NCBI GenBank assembly: GCA_040902395.1
Contig: JBBDXH010000089.1
Coordinates: 1-32,772, forward strand
Source: Dehalococcoidia bacterium
GTDB taxonomy: Bacteria; Chloroflexota; Dehalococcoidia; UBA2979
Reading direction: 5' to 3'
DNA length: 32,772 bases
Made by a program: the position numbers and the translations under genes. Positions 8,040 through 16,764 of the stretch are shown here, one piece after another. The notes below the pieces were generated by a model that saw nothing but the letters and a program-made list of their open reading frames with translations, did not search any database and was not told where the DNA came from. The first letter of the stretch is position 1. Each line of letters begins with the position of its first letter.

Positions 8040-9728
8040 GTGCTCCGCGCCGCCGTCTTCGTCGCCGCGTGGCTGCGCTGGCTGATCGGACGCGCGATCC
8101 CGGGCCGACGCCCGGCCGAGTACGTCGTCTTCACGCTCGACGGTGAGTACAGCGACTACCCGCGGCCCGTGCCGAACGTGCTCATGCGGCTGCTCCGACC
8201 CCCGGCGCCGAACCTGCTCGACCTGCGCGAGCAGTTCCGCGCGGTCGCTCATGACCCGCGCGTGCGCGGCGTCGTGGTTCACCTCCGCCCGACGTTCCAC
8301 CTGAGCGCAGCACAGATCGACTCGCTGCGGGACGCGCTGCTCGAGCTGCGACGCGCCGGCAAGCGCGTCGTCGCGTCCTCGTCCCACTACACGCGCGGCA
8401 CGTACCACGTCGCGACCGTCGCCGACGAGGTGCTGATCGCGCCCGGCGGCTACGTGGACGTGCTGGCGTCGCAGCGCAGTTACGTCTTCCTCACCGACGC
8501 GCTCGCGCGCATCGGCGTGCAGGTCGACGTGCTCGCGATCAGCCCGTTCAAGTCGGCGATGGACGCGCTCACCGCGCGGGAGCTCTCGACCGAGGCGCGC
8601 GAGATGGGGAACTGGCTGCTCGATGCGGCGACCACCGATTTCGCGCACGCGATCGCCGACGGCCGCCGCATCCGCGAGGCCGACGCGTACGAGCTGATCG
8701 ACCAGACGCCTTGCACCGACGAGCGTGCGCTCGCGCTCGGGCTGGTCGATGCCGTCGTCTCGCCGGAGGAGCTGCCGTCGCACCTGGCGACGCGCGACGG
8801 GGGCCGCGTCCGGCTCGACGCGTTCGCCGCGACCCGCGCGACGCTCCGCGCGCGCCGGCCGAGGCTCCCGGCTCGCCGGCAGGTCGCGCTGATCGCGATC
8901 GAGGGGCTGATCTTCGACGGCGAGAGCCGGCGCACGCCGGTGCCGTTGCCGCTCCCGATCGTCGGCGACGCCCGATCGGGCGACCTGACGGTCGTGCAGG
9001 CGATCCGCCGGGCGCAGCGAGACCCGCGGATCGGCGCAGTGGTCGTCTACGTCGACTCGCCGGGTGGTTCGCCGTTCGCGTCGGAGGCGATCCACGGCGC
9101 GCTCGCGCGGCTGAACGAGGCGAAGCCGGTGGTCGTCGCGATGGGCGCCGTCGCCGCGTCGGGCGGGTATTACGTCTCCACGCCCGCCCGCCGGATCTTT
9201 GCGCAGCCCGGCACGCTCACCGGCTCGATCGGCGTGGTCTCGGCGAAGATCGTCACGAGCGGGCTGCTCGACCGGCTCGCGCTCGGTCGCGACACGCTGC
9301 ACCGCGGCCGGCACGCGCTGCTCGGCTCACCCGAGCGCCGGTACACGGCGGAGGAGCGAGCGCTGGTCTGGGCGCACATCCGCCGCACCTACGAGCTCTT
9401 CCTCGCCCGCGTCGCCACCGATCGCCGCATGTCGACGGACGGGGTCGATGCGGTGGGGGGCGGGCGCGTATGGACGGGCCGCCAGGCGCTCGACCGCGGG
9501 CTGGTCGACGAACTGGGCGGACTGCCCGCGGCGCTCGCCTACGCGCGCCGCCTCGCCGGCATCGGCCGCGACGCGCCGCCGCGCGTGATCGGCGCCGGCA
9601 AGGAGTGGCTTCCGCCGGTGCCGTCGAGCGCGTCGGCGATCGTGTACGCGCTCGACGGGCTCGCGGCGCTCGGAAGCGGCATGCCGTTGTTGCTCTCGCC
9701 GGTCGTCAACGCGGGCGACGGGGGCTGA
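8040..9728 (+). CDS. sppA: Signal peptide peptidase SppA (S49, long two-domain type)
   Basis: PFKSA (catalytic Lys), VDSPGGS, AASGGYY (catalytic Ser), TGSIGV, GGRVWTGRQA..GLVDELGG; GTG start 2 nt after upstream stop. Confidence 0.9.
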   Translation: MLRAAVFVAAWLRWLIGRAIPGRRPAEYVVFTLDGEYSDYPRPVPNVLMRLLRPPAPNLLDLREQFRAVAHDPRVRGVVVHLRPTFHLSAAQIDSLRDALLELRRAGKRVVASSSHYTRGTYHVATVADEVLIAPGGYVDVLASQRSYVFLTDALARIGVQVDVLAISPFKSAMDALTARELSTEAREMGNWLLDAATTDFAHAIADGRRIREADAYELIDQTPCTDERALALGLVDAVVSPEELPSHLATRDGGRVRLDAFAATRATLRARRPRLPARRQVALIAIEGLIFDGESRRTPVPLPLPIVGDARSGDLTVVQAIRRAQRDPRIGAVVVYVDSPGGSPFASEAIHGALARLNEAKPVVVAMGAVAASGGYYVSTPARRIFAQPGTLTGSIGVVSAKIVTSGLLDRLALGRDTLHRGRHALLGSPERRYTAEERALVWAHIRRTYELFLARVATDRRMSTDGVDAVGGGRVWTGRQALDRGLVDELGGLPAALAYARRLAGIGRDAPPRVIGAGKEWLPPVPSSASAIVYALDGLAALGSGMPLLLSPVVNAGDGG

Positions 9729-9828
9729 ACGGCGCGTGAGAGCGCGCCGGCTCTGACCCCGGGTTCCTGGCCGGGCGCGCGCGACCGCCTGTGGACCGCC
9801 GGGCGACCCTGGGCGCACGGGCGCGCAC

Positions 9829-10115
9829 ATCCGCTCGTCCGGAGTCCATGCGTCCGGTCGGACGTCGCCCGTGGGCGCGAAGTGGGGACTGACTCATGCT
9901 CGCCGCGAGCCCGACTGACCGCTCGCGCTGAGCCCGATCCGCTCGTGGTGAGTCCCTGTGTCCTTCCGGACGTCGCCGTGGGCGTGAAAGTGGGCGCGAT
10001 TGGGCGCGGACGGCGAGACGGTGAGCGGAGGCGTGCTCGGCACCCGCGGGAGCGGCGTCGCCCGGAAGCGTCGATCCGAGTGGCGTCCATTTCACGTGCC
10101 GGTGACGTCCGGAAG
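9829..10115. repeat. Intergenic imperfect repeat cluster: two direct copies and one partial inverted copy
   Basis: 9829-9887 and 9937-9995 share ATCCGCTCGT..GAGTCC.TG.GTCC...CGGACGTCGCC.GTGGGCG.GAA.GTGGG; 10083-10115 is an imperfect reverse complement of 9963-9997. Confidence 0.8.
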
Positions 10116-10145
10116 ATCTGGCACGGCGCTCGTGTCGGCGGGTGT

Positions 10146-11114
10146 TCAGCCGCCGCGCGACACCACTCCGTCGATCCGCGTCATGAGCTCGGCGTCGAGC
10201 GGGCCGGCGGCCTCTGCCGCCAGGCAGTCGCGCAGCTCGGCGCGGTTCTTGACCCCGAGCACGACGGTGTCGACGCCCGCCATCGACAGCGCATAGCGGT
10301 GCGCGAGATGCGCCGCGCTCATACCCAGCTCCGCGGCGACGGCGCGGAAGGGGGCGGCGCGGTGGAAGTCGGCCATCTCCGGATGGTCGTCCGGCAGCGG
10401 GCGGTCGAGCGCGTCGGTGAGCGCGCCCGCCTGCACCGCGCGGATGCCCATCACGCCGACGCCGCGCGCGCGTGCGGCCGCGATGATCGCGCGCGGGCGC
10501 GCGGGTTCGTCGAACCGCGCGAGGCCACCGGGCGAGTCGAGCAGGTTGGCGATGCACTGCATCACCGCGGGCGGCGGTGTCTCGCCGATGGCCTCGATCA
10601 GCGCCGAAGGCACGCCGATCCCGGTCAGCCCCCACGCGCCGATCGTTCCCTCCGCCACCAGCCGCTCGAACGCGGGACGCACCGCCTCGACGAAGAGCGA
10701 GCGCGCCGTGGCGCGCGGCGGCAGCACGCGGCCGGGCTGCGGATCCGGCACGAGGGTGTTGTGCAGGAAGAAGAGGTCGACGCGTTCGAGCCGCATGCGT
10801 GCGAGGGACCCCTCGAGGCTCGTGCGCAACCGCTCGTACACCTCGCCGCCGGGCGGCGCGCCGAGCCCGTGCTTGGTCGTCACGCGCACGCCGGGTGGGA
10901 GCCGCCCGCCGAACGCCTCGCCGATCACGCGCTCCGCTTCGCCGTCGCCGTAGGACGGCGCGAGATCGAGCAGCGTGATGCCGCCGTCCACGGCCGCACG
11001 CGCGGTCGCCACCGCTTCCGCGCGGGACGTCTCGCCCCAGACCTGGCCGATGCCGCCCCCGCCGATCGTGAGCGCGCTGACCGGCCAGAGCCTGCCGAGC
11101 GGTCGCGTGTTCAT
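10146..11114 (-). CDS. Aldo/keto reductase
   Basis: VSALTIGGGG, GITLLDLAPSYGDGEAERVIG, TTK, SLARMRLERVDLFFLH; start MNTRPLG. Confidence 0.9.
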   Translation of the reverse strand: MNTRPLGRLWPVSALTIGGGGIGQVWGETSRAEAVATARAAVDGGITLLDLAPSYGDGEAERVIGEAFGGRLPPGVRVTTKHGLGAPPGGEVYERLRTSLEGSLARMRLERVDLFFLHNTLVPDPQPGRVLPPRATARSLFVEAVRPAFERLVAEGTIGAWGLTGIGVPSALIEAIGETPPPAVMQCIANLLDSPGGLARFDEPARPRAIIAAARARGVGVMGIRAVQAGALTDALDRPLPDDHPEMADFHRAAPFRAVAAELGMSAAHLAHRYALSMAGVDTVVLGVKNRAELRDCLAAEAAGPLDAELMTRIDGVVSRGG

Positions 11115-11184
11115 GCGCGGCAGCCGAACGCGTACGCCGCGCCGGCGCGCCGCGGCAGAGCGCGGCCTGCGCGAAGCGCGCCGC

Positions 11185-11958
11185 TCAGCGGTCGCGCGGC
11201 GACGGGCACCGGTACCGATCCGCAGGGCTCGACCACACCCCGGCCCGCCAGGCGTCGAGGTACGGGACCGGGTCGAATTCGCCGCGGCGAGCTTCCCAGT
11301 CGTCGGGGTCGCCCGGACACGAGAGGCCGAAGTGGACATGGGCGGGCGTGCCCCGCGCGTTGCCGGCGACGCCGACGTAGGCGAGCACCTGCCCGGCGGC
11401 CACGCGATCGCCGGGAGCGAGGCGCGTGACGATCCGGGAGAAGTGCGAGCCGTAGTAGCGGATGCCGTCGTCGCCGATCAACGAGACCCAGAGCCCGCCG
11501 CGATTCGCCCCATCGTCGATCACCGGATCCCATGCGTCGACGCGATTCACGCTCTCGATGACCCCGCTGGTGACGGCCAGAAAGCGTGTCCCGATCGGTG
11601 CGAAGACATCGGTCGCCGGGTACGCGTGACCGCCGGAAAAGTACGCCGCGACGGTGGATGGCTTGAGCGGAAACACGTAGCGGCGGCGCACGACCAGGGT
11701 CGCCGGCTCCGCCAGCGCACCCGTGATCTGCGCGGCCGCGAGCGCGACCAGTTCTGTGTCCGACGCGTCCGACGCGTCCGGCGCTTCCGGCGCTTGCGTT
11801 GCCGGCGATCCGGCTTCGCCAGTCTGCTGTTCGACCGCGCCGAGCGCGAGCACCGCGACCACGGCGCCGAGCGCCAGCAGCGCGGACAGACCACGAGTCC
11901 AACGACGGCGTCCACCGAGCATGACGTTCCTGCCGATCTCCGCCTGCCCGGACATCAT
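11185..11958 (-). CDS. Membrane-anchored or secreted M23 family metallopeptidase
   Basis: Hydrophobic N-terminal segment, HAYPATDVFAP, YYGSHFS, GDRVAAGQVLAYVG..GNA..TPAHVHF, DPVPYL; start uncertain (11958 or 11922). Confidence 0.8.
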   Translation of the reverse strand: MMSGQAEIGRNVMLGGRRRWTRGLSALLALGAVVAVLALGAVEQQTGEAGSPATQAPEAPDASDASDTELVALAAAQITGALAEPATLVVRRRYVFPLKPSTVAAYFSGGHAYPATDVFAPIGTRFLAVTSGVIESVNRVDAWDPVIDDGANRGGLWVSLIGDDGIRYYGSHFSRIVTRLAPGDRVAAGQVLAYVGVAGNARGTPAHVHFGLSCPGDPDDWEARRGEFDPVPYLDAWRAGVWSSPADRYRCPSPRDR

Positions 11959-12051
11959 CCGCCCACCACGCCGTCCGTGCCTCACACGGCCGTCGGCCGG
12001 GCGACGGACACGCGTGCCCGCGGAGCGCGCTTCCGGGGCTGTCCGCCGAGG

Positions 12052-12906
12052 CTACGTCGCGTGCGCGTGGAGGAAGGCGCGGATCGTTTCGACGGTGGCC
12101 GGCTTCTTCTCGACCGACCGGCAGTCGACATCGAGGCAACGGGCGTCCGGCGCGTTGCGGCAGATCATGTGGGCGATGCCGGTCGGATGGAACGGATCGC
12201 TGCCCGGCAGGATGAGCAGCGGGGCGGGGCACGTGCTCACCCACTCTTCCGTGACGGTGAGGAGCGGCGGGTCGTTCGGCCAGAGGCTGTTCGCGAAGCG
12301 ATCGATCAACGCGGCGTACTCGTCGCCGGTCATCGCGCCGATGCGCGCGCGGAAGGCGGGATCGGCGGCGATGCGACGGGCGAACGGGCCGCCGGCGTTG
12401 TTCGCCATGAACATCGGGTTCTCGACCGCCGACGCGACGACGGCCTGCGGGCCCCGTTCCCGGGCGAGTGCGAGCGTGGGCTCGAACATGCGCATGAAGA
12501 CGTCGAGCGAGTTCGTCTCGTCGAGGCCGACCGGGTCCTGTCCCACGACGGCGCTGACGCGCTCGGGCGCGGTGGCGACGAGGCGGAGCGCGTACATGAC
12601 GCCGATGCAGCCTCCCCAGACGTGCGCGCGCTCGACGCCGACCGCATCGAGTACCGCCAGCTGGTCGCCGGCGGTGAGGTCGTAGGAGAAGGGGAGCGGT
12701 GCGTTCCACGAGCCGCCGGCGTGCCGCTGGTCCATGCCGATCACCAGGAACTCGGACTGGAACTCGGCGATCGGGTTGATGGCGCTGCGCTGCCAGAACG
12801 CGATCTCGCTGTTCACGCCGCCCGGCGCGATCAGCAGCAGCGGGTGGCCACTGCCCCACGTCTCATAGTGGATGACGGCGCCGTCGGGGCCGCGGGTCTC
12901 TGGCAT
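12052..12906 (-). CDS. Alpha/beta-fold hydrolase with Cys at the nucleophile elbow
   Basis: IHYETWGSGHPLLLIAPGG, MDQRHAGGS, HVWGGCIG, PLLILPGSD; GAGGGAG RBS. Confidence 0.85.
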   Translation of the reverse strand: MPETRGPDGAVIHYETWGSGHPLLLIAPGGVNSEIAFWQRSAINPIAEFQSEFLVIGMDQRHAGGSWNAPLPFSYDLTAGDQLAVLDAVGVERAHVWGGCIGVMYALRLVATAPERVSAVVGQDPVGLDETNSLDVFMRMFEPTLALARERGPQAVVASAVENPMFMANNAGGPFARRIAADPAFRARIGAMTGDEYAALIDRFANSLWPNDPPLLTVTEEWVSTCPAPLLILPGSDPFHPTGIAHMICRNAPDARCLDVDCRSVEKKPATVETIRAFLHAHAT

Positions 12907-13282
12907 CTCGTCGCTCCCTCGCCTGTGCCGGCGGAGGGTACTCGCGCGCGCAGCCTGCGTGCACCGCGGACGGCCCGACCTCCCGGGTCCGCATCGTCTT
13001 CGGACCGGACGGGCCGGCGGGCGAGCGCTCCCGGTTGCCGTGAGCACGATGCGTGCGTCGGGAGCGCGCCGCGCGGGCGGCCGCGCGTCTACCGTCGGAC
13101 GAGCCGGCGGAGCAGGGGACACCGCGGTACCGCGCCCTGGCTGCAGACGACAGCGCGGCGCACGAGACATGACGCGCGCGCCGCAGCGCAACCGGCGGGT
13201 AACCTGCTCTGACGCGCCGCGGCATGGCGCGCCACCCAACCGCAGGCGCAATCGCACACGAGGCGACCATGGAGGCACCCCG

Positions 13283-13933
13283 ATGCCGCGACGACTGAGG
13301 TTCTCCGCGGCGGCGGCGTACCGGCACCTGCGCAGGGTGGACCCGGTGGTGGGCGCGCTGATCGACGAGCACGGGCCGTACCGCCCGCGGCCGAGCGGTG
13401 AGCCGTACCACGCGCTCCTCCGCTCGATCCTCTACCAGCAGCTCGCCGGCGCGGCGGCAGCCGCGATCGAGCGGCGGCTGCACACGCTCTACTCGGAGAT
13501 CGGACGCGCGCCGACGCCCACGGAGCTGCTCGCGACCACGGATGAAGCGTTTCGCGGCGCCGGTGTCTCGCGCCAGAAAGTCGGCTATCTGCGAGACCTC
13601 GCGACGCGGGTGGTGGACGGCAGGCTCGACTTCGCGGACCTCGATCGCCTGGACGACGCCGCGGTGATCGCCCGGCTGACCGCCGTCAAGGGCGTCGGGG
13701 AGTGGACGGCGCACATGTTCCTGATGTTCCAGCTCGGACGGCCGGACGTGCTGCCGGTGGGCGACCTCGGCGTGCGGCTGGGCATGCGCCGCGCCTACCG
13801 GCTCGATGCGACGCCGACACCCGCGGGTGCGCGCGAGATCGGAGCGCCGTGGGCGCCCTACCGCTCGGTGGGCGCCTGGTACATGTGGCGCGCCGCGGAG
13901 ACCGCCGTTCCCGCAGCCACCGGTTTCGCTTAG
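13283..13933 (+). CDS. alkA: DNA-3-methyladenine glycosylase II (AlkA / HhH-GPD family)
   Basis: SILYQQLAG, GVSRQK, HhH VKGVGEWTAHM, LPVGDLG, WAPYRS; GGAGG RBS. Confidence 0.88.
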   Translation: MPRRLRFSAAAAYRHLRRVDPVVGALIDEHGPYRPRPSGEPYHALLRSILYQQLAGAAAAAIERRLHTLYSEIGRAPTPTELLATTDEAFRGAGVSRQKVGYLRDLATRVVDGRLDFADLDRLDDAAVIARLTAVKGVGEWTAHMFLMFQLGRPDVLPVGDLGVRLGMRRAYRLDATPTPAGAREIGAPWAPYRSVGAWYMWRAAETAVPAATGFA

Positions 13934-13954
13934 ACGAGCCGGGGGCGGAGCCCG

Positions 13955-14374
13955 TCAGATCGTCTGCACGCCGAGCTGGCCGCGCAGGTCTTCGAGGTCG
14001 AGGTAGTTCCACGCCTCGGCGATGCGGCCGTTCAGGACGCGCGCGATGAACGCGCCCGGGATGCTGACCCGCGCACCGGTGCGCGGGATGCCGCCGAATC
14101 GCGCGCAGTGGGTGCCGGTCAGGCGATAGCGCGCGACGACCTTGGTGCCTTCCGTGAAGCCGTCCTCGACCGTCACGTGCGCGTCCGGAAACGCCGCGAG
14201 CAGGTTCCCGAGTCGCATGATGAACGCGCTCAGGTCCTCATTCGCGCCGCCGACGTGAGCCTTGAACGTGGGCGCGCAGAGTTCGCGGAAGTGCTCCAGG
14301 TTGCGCTCGTTCTGCGACTCGAGCGCGTCACGTACCACCGAGAGCGGCGCCGTCCGTCGTCCCCGGTTCGTCAT
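13955..14374 (-). CDS. SnoaL-like ester cyclase / NTF2-like protein
   Basis: AFPDAHVTVED...KVVARYRLTGTH...FGGIP.TG...GRIAEAW..LD...QLG; AAGGGAG RBS. Confidence 0.8.
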   Translation of the reverse strand: MTNRGRRTAPLSVVRDALESQNERNLEHFRELCAPTFKAHVGGANEDLSAFIMRLGNLLAAFPDAHVTVEDGFTEGTKVVARYRLTGTHCARFGGIPRTGARVSIPGAFIARVLNGRIAEAWNYLDLEDLRGQLGVQTI

Positions 14375-14643
14375 GCGATGCTCCCTTGCATTGTCTCGAT
14401 CGCAGGTGGTGCGACCAGATCGCGCGCGGCCGCCTGGACCGCGCCGGCTGCCCACGCTCGGTGCCGCGAGCGCCGCGGAAGGATAGCGCGAGCGCATTTC
14501 TAGATGCGAGCGCGTGCGCACGGGCTGTGGTCGCGGGGGAGCCGAACGCCCGTAGCGCGCACATTGCTCGCGCCTATACTGAGCCGCGGCCACCCGCTCG
14601 TCGACGTCCGTGCGGCGGCGTCACGTACCAGTGAGGACCAGAC

Positions 14644-15549
14644 ATGCGGATCGTGCTCTTCGGGCAGGCGGCCTTCGGCCGTGATGTCCTCAACGCCCTG
14701 CGCGGGGCAGGCGAAGACGTCGTAGCGGTCTCGACGCCCCGGCAAGGCGCTCGCCCTGACCCGCTCTTCGAAGCCGCCGCCGAGGCCGGGTTGCCGGTGA
14801 TCGAAACGCCGGCGCTGCGCCAGGACGGGCCGTTCGCGCAGTACCTCGCACTCAAGCCCGATCTGCTCGTCTTCGCCTTCGTCACGGACATCGTGCGCCA
14901 GCGCGTGCTCGACGCCGCCACGCACGGCGCGATCCAGTACCACCCGTCGCTGCTGCCGCTCCACCGCGGGCGCACCGCCATGAACTGGCCGATCATCGCC
15001 GGGGAGCAGACTACCGGCCTCACGATCTTCTGGGTCGACGCAGGCATCGACACGGGCCCCATCCTGCTCACGCGCGAGGTCGCAATCCGTCCGGACGACA
15101 CGGTCGGGTCGATCTACTTCGACCGGCTCTACCCGATGGGCGTGCAGAGCCTCGTCGAGGCGACGCGCATGGTGCGCGAGGGCACGGCGCCGCGTGTGGA
15201 GCAGGATCATGCGCTGGCCACCTACGAAGCGCCCTGCGGCCCGGAGCACGCCTTGATCGACTGGCACCACCACGGCCAGGTCGTCTTCAACCTCATCCGC
15301 GGCTGCGACCCCCAGCCCGGCGCGGCGAGCGCGGTGCGCGGCACGCGCCTGCGGCTCTTCGACGCCAGCTTTCAACCGGGCGCACCCGGCGAGAAGCCGG
15401 GGACCGTGGTGTCCGTCGTTGACGGCAAAGTCGAGATCGCCGCGGTCGGCGGGACGATCGCCGTCGGCCGCGCGCAGCCCGACGACGGTCGCAAGGTCCC
15501 CGCGAGCGAAGTGCTGGAACCCGGCGACGTGATGGAGCGGCCGGCGTGA
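14644..15549 (+). CDS. Formyltransferase family protein (Fmt-like; resembles the hydrolase domain of 10-formyl-THF dehydrogenase)
   Basis: GQAAFG, QYHPSLLPLHRGRTAMNW, TIFWVDAGIDTGPILL, PDDTVGSIYFDRLYP, NLIRGCDPQPGA; TATACT -10 at 14575 and GAGGA RBS. Confidence 0.85.
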   Translation: MRIVLFGQAAFGRDVLNALRGAGEDVVAVSTPRQGARPDPLFEAAAEAGLPVIETPALRQDGPFAQYLALKPDLLVFAFVTDIVRQRVLDAATHGAIQYHPSLLPLHRGRTAMNWPIIAGEQTTGLTIFWVDAGIDTGPILLTREVAIRPDDTVGSIYFDRLYPMGVQSLVEATRMVREGTAPRVEQDHALATYEAPCGPEHALIDWHHHGQVVFNLIRGCDPQPGAASAVRGTRLRLFDASFQPGAPGEKPGTVVSVVDGKVEIAAVGGTIAVGRAQPDDGRKVPASEVLEPGDVMERPA

Positions 15550-16673
15550 TCGTCGGCACCGTCAAGGAAACGAAAACCGAGGAGTATCGCGTCGCGCTCA
15601 CACCGGAAGGTGTCCACGACGTGGTCGCAGCCGGCCACCAGGTGCTGATCGAGGCGCACGCCGGCGACGGGTCGAACTACACGGACGCGGAGTACCGGGG
15701 CGCGGGCGCCGAGGTCGTCGAGACCCCGGAGGAGGTCTACGCTCGCGCCGACCTGATGTGCGAGGTCAAGGAGCCGCAACCGTCCGAGTTCGCGCTGCTG
15801 CGCGAGGGCCAGGTGCTCTTCACGTACCTCCACCTCGCCGCCGCGCCCGCGGTCGCCGACGCGCTCATCGCCGCGCAGTGCATCGCCATTGGCTACGAGA
15901 CGGTCCAGCGCGACGACGGCTTCCTGCCGCTGCTCGCGCCCATGTCCGAGGTCGCCGGCCGCATGTCCGTCGAGATCGGCGCGCACTTCCTGAAGCGTCC
16001 CGGGCCGGGCCGAGGCATGCTGCTCGGCGGGTTACCGGGCGTGCCGCCGGCGCACGTCGTGATCGTGGGCTCGGGCACGGTAGGCAGGAACGCCTGCCGT
16101 GCGGCCGTCGGCTTCGGCGCACGCGTGACGGTGATCTCGATCGACGAGAACCAGCTGCGCGCGATCGAAGAGCTCTACGCCGGGCGCGTCGAGACGCGCC
16201 TGGCGTCCCCGCAGGCGATCGCGACCACGGTCGTCGGCGCCGATCTGCTGGTCGGCGCCGTGCTGGTCGAGGGGCGCCGCGCGCCGGTGGTGGTGTCTCG
16301 CGAGATGGTGCGCTCCATGGGCCCCGGCGCGGTGGTCGTTGACGTCGCCGTCGACCAGGGCGGCTGCATCGAGACGACGCGCCCGACCGACCACGTGCAC
16401 CCGATCTACGTCGAGGAAGGCGTGGTGCACTACGCCGTCCCGAACATGCCCGGCGCCGTGCCGCGCACGGCGTCGCGCGCGCTCACGGGCCTCACGCTGC
16501 CGTACATCCTCAAGGTCGCGAACAGCGGCGGGGTGGACGAAGCGATCCGCCAGGACGTGACGCTACGGCGCGGGGTGAACGTCTACCGGGGACAGATCAC
16601 GCATCCCGGCGTCGCGGAGTCGCTCGGGCGGCCCTACCGGCCCGTCGAGGAGCTGATGGCCGCGCGCGCCTGA
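15546..16673 (+). CDS. ald: Alanine dehydrogenase
   Basis: KETKTEEYRVALTP, VKEP, FTYLHLAA, LLAPMSEVAGR, DVAVDQGGCIET, YAVPNMPGAVPRT; GTGA overlap with upstream gene. Confidence 0.93.
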   Translation: MIVGTVKETKTEEYRVALTPEGVHDVVAAGHQVLIEAHAGDGSNYTDAEYRGAGAEVVETPEEVYARADLMCEVKEPQPSEFALLREGQVLFTYLHLAAAPAVADALIAAQCIAIGYETVQRDDGFLPLLAPMSEVAGRMSVEIGAHFLKRPGPGRGMLLGGLPGVPPAHVVIVGSGTVGRNACRAAVGFGARVTVISIDENQLRAIEELYAGRVETRLASPQAIATTVVGADLLVGAVLVEGRRAPVVVSREMVRSMGPGAVVVDVAVDQGGCIETTRPTDHVHPIYVEEGVVHYAVPNMPGAVPRTASRALTGLTLPYILKVANSGGVDEAIRQDVTLRRGVNVYRGQITHPGVAESLGRPYRPVEELMAARA

Positions 16674-16764
16674 TCGCGCGTCTCGCTGCAACTACAATCC
16701 CGACCGCCGCAAGACGGCGGCGCCCCACGACGGCCCGCGACCGGAAACTGTTGACACCCTGCTG

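Noticed and set aside
9829-9995. Possible CRISPR array
   Set aside because: Only two degenerate ~59-nt direct copies, too long and divergent; no cas genes.
11758-11797. 9-bp tandem repeats (GTCCGACGC, CCGGCGCTT)
   Set aside because: In-frame low-complexity linker (QAPEAPDASDASD) of the M23 protein.
9882-13212. Long plus-strand ORFs 9882..11429 and 10975..13212
   Set aside because: Shadows of the minus-strand reductase, M23 and hydrolase genes; no recognisable domain.
12907-13282. 376-nt divergent intergenic region as ncRNA or small gene
   Set aside because: No convincing structure, repeat or RBS-led ORF found by eye.
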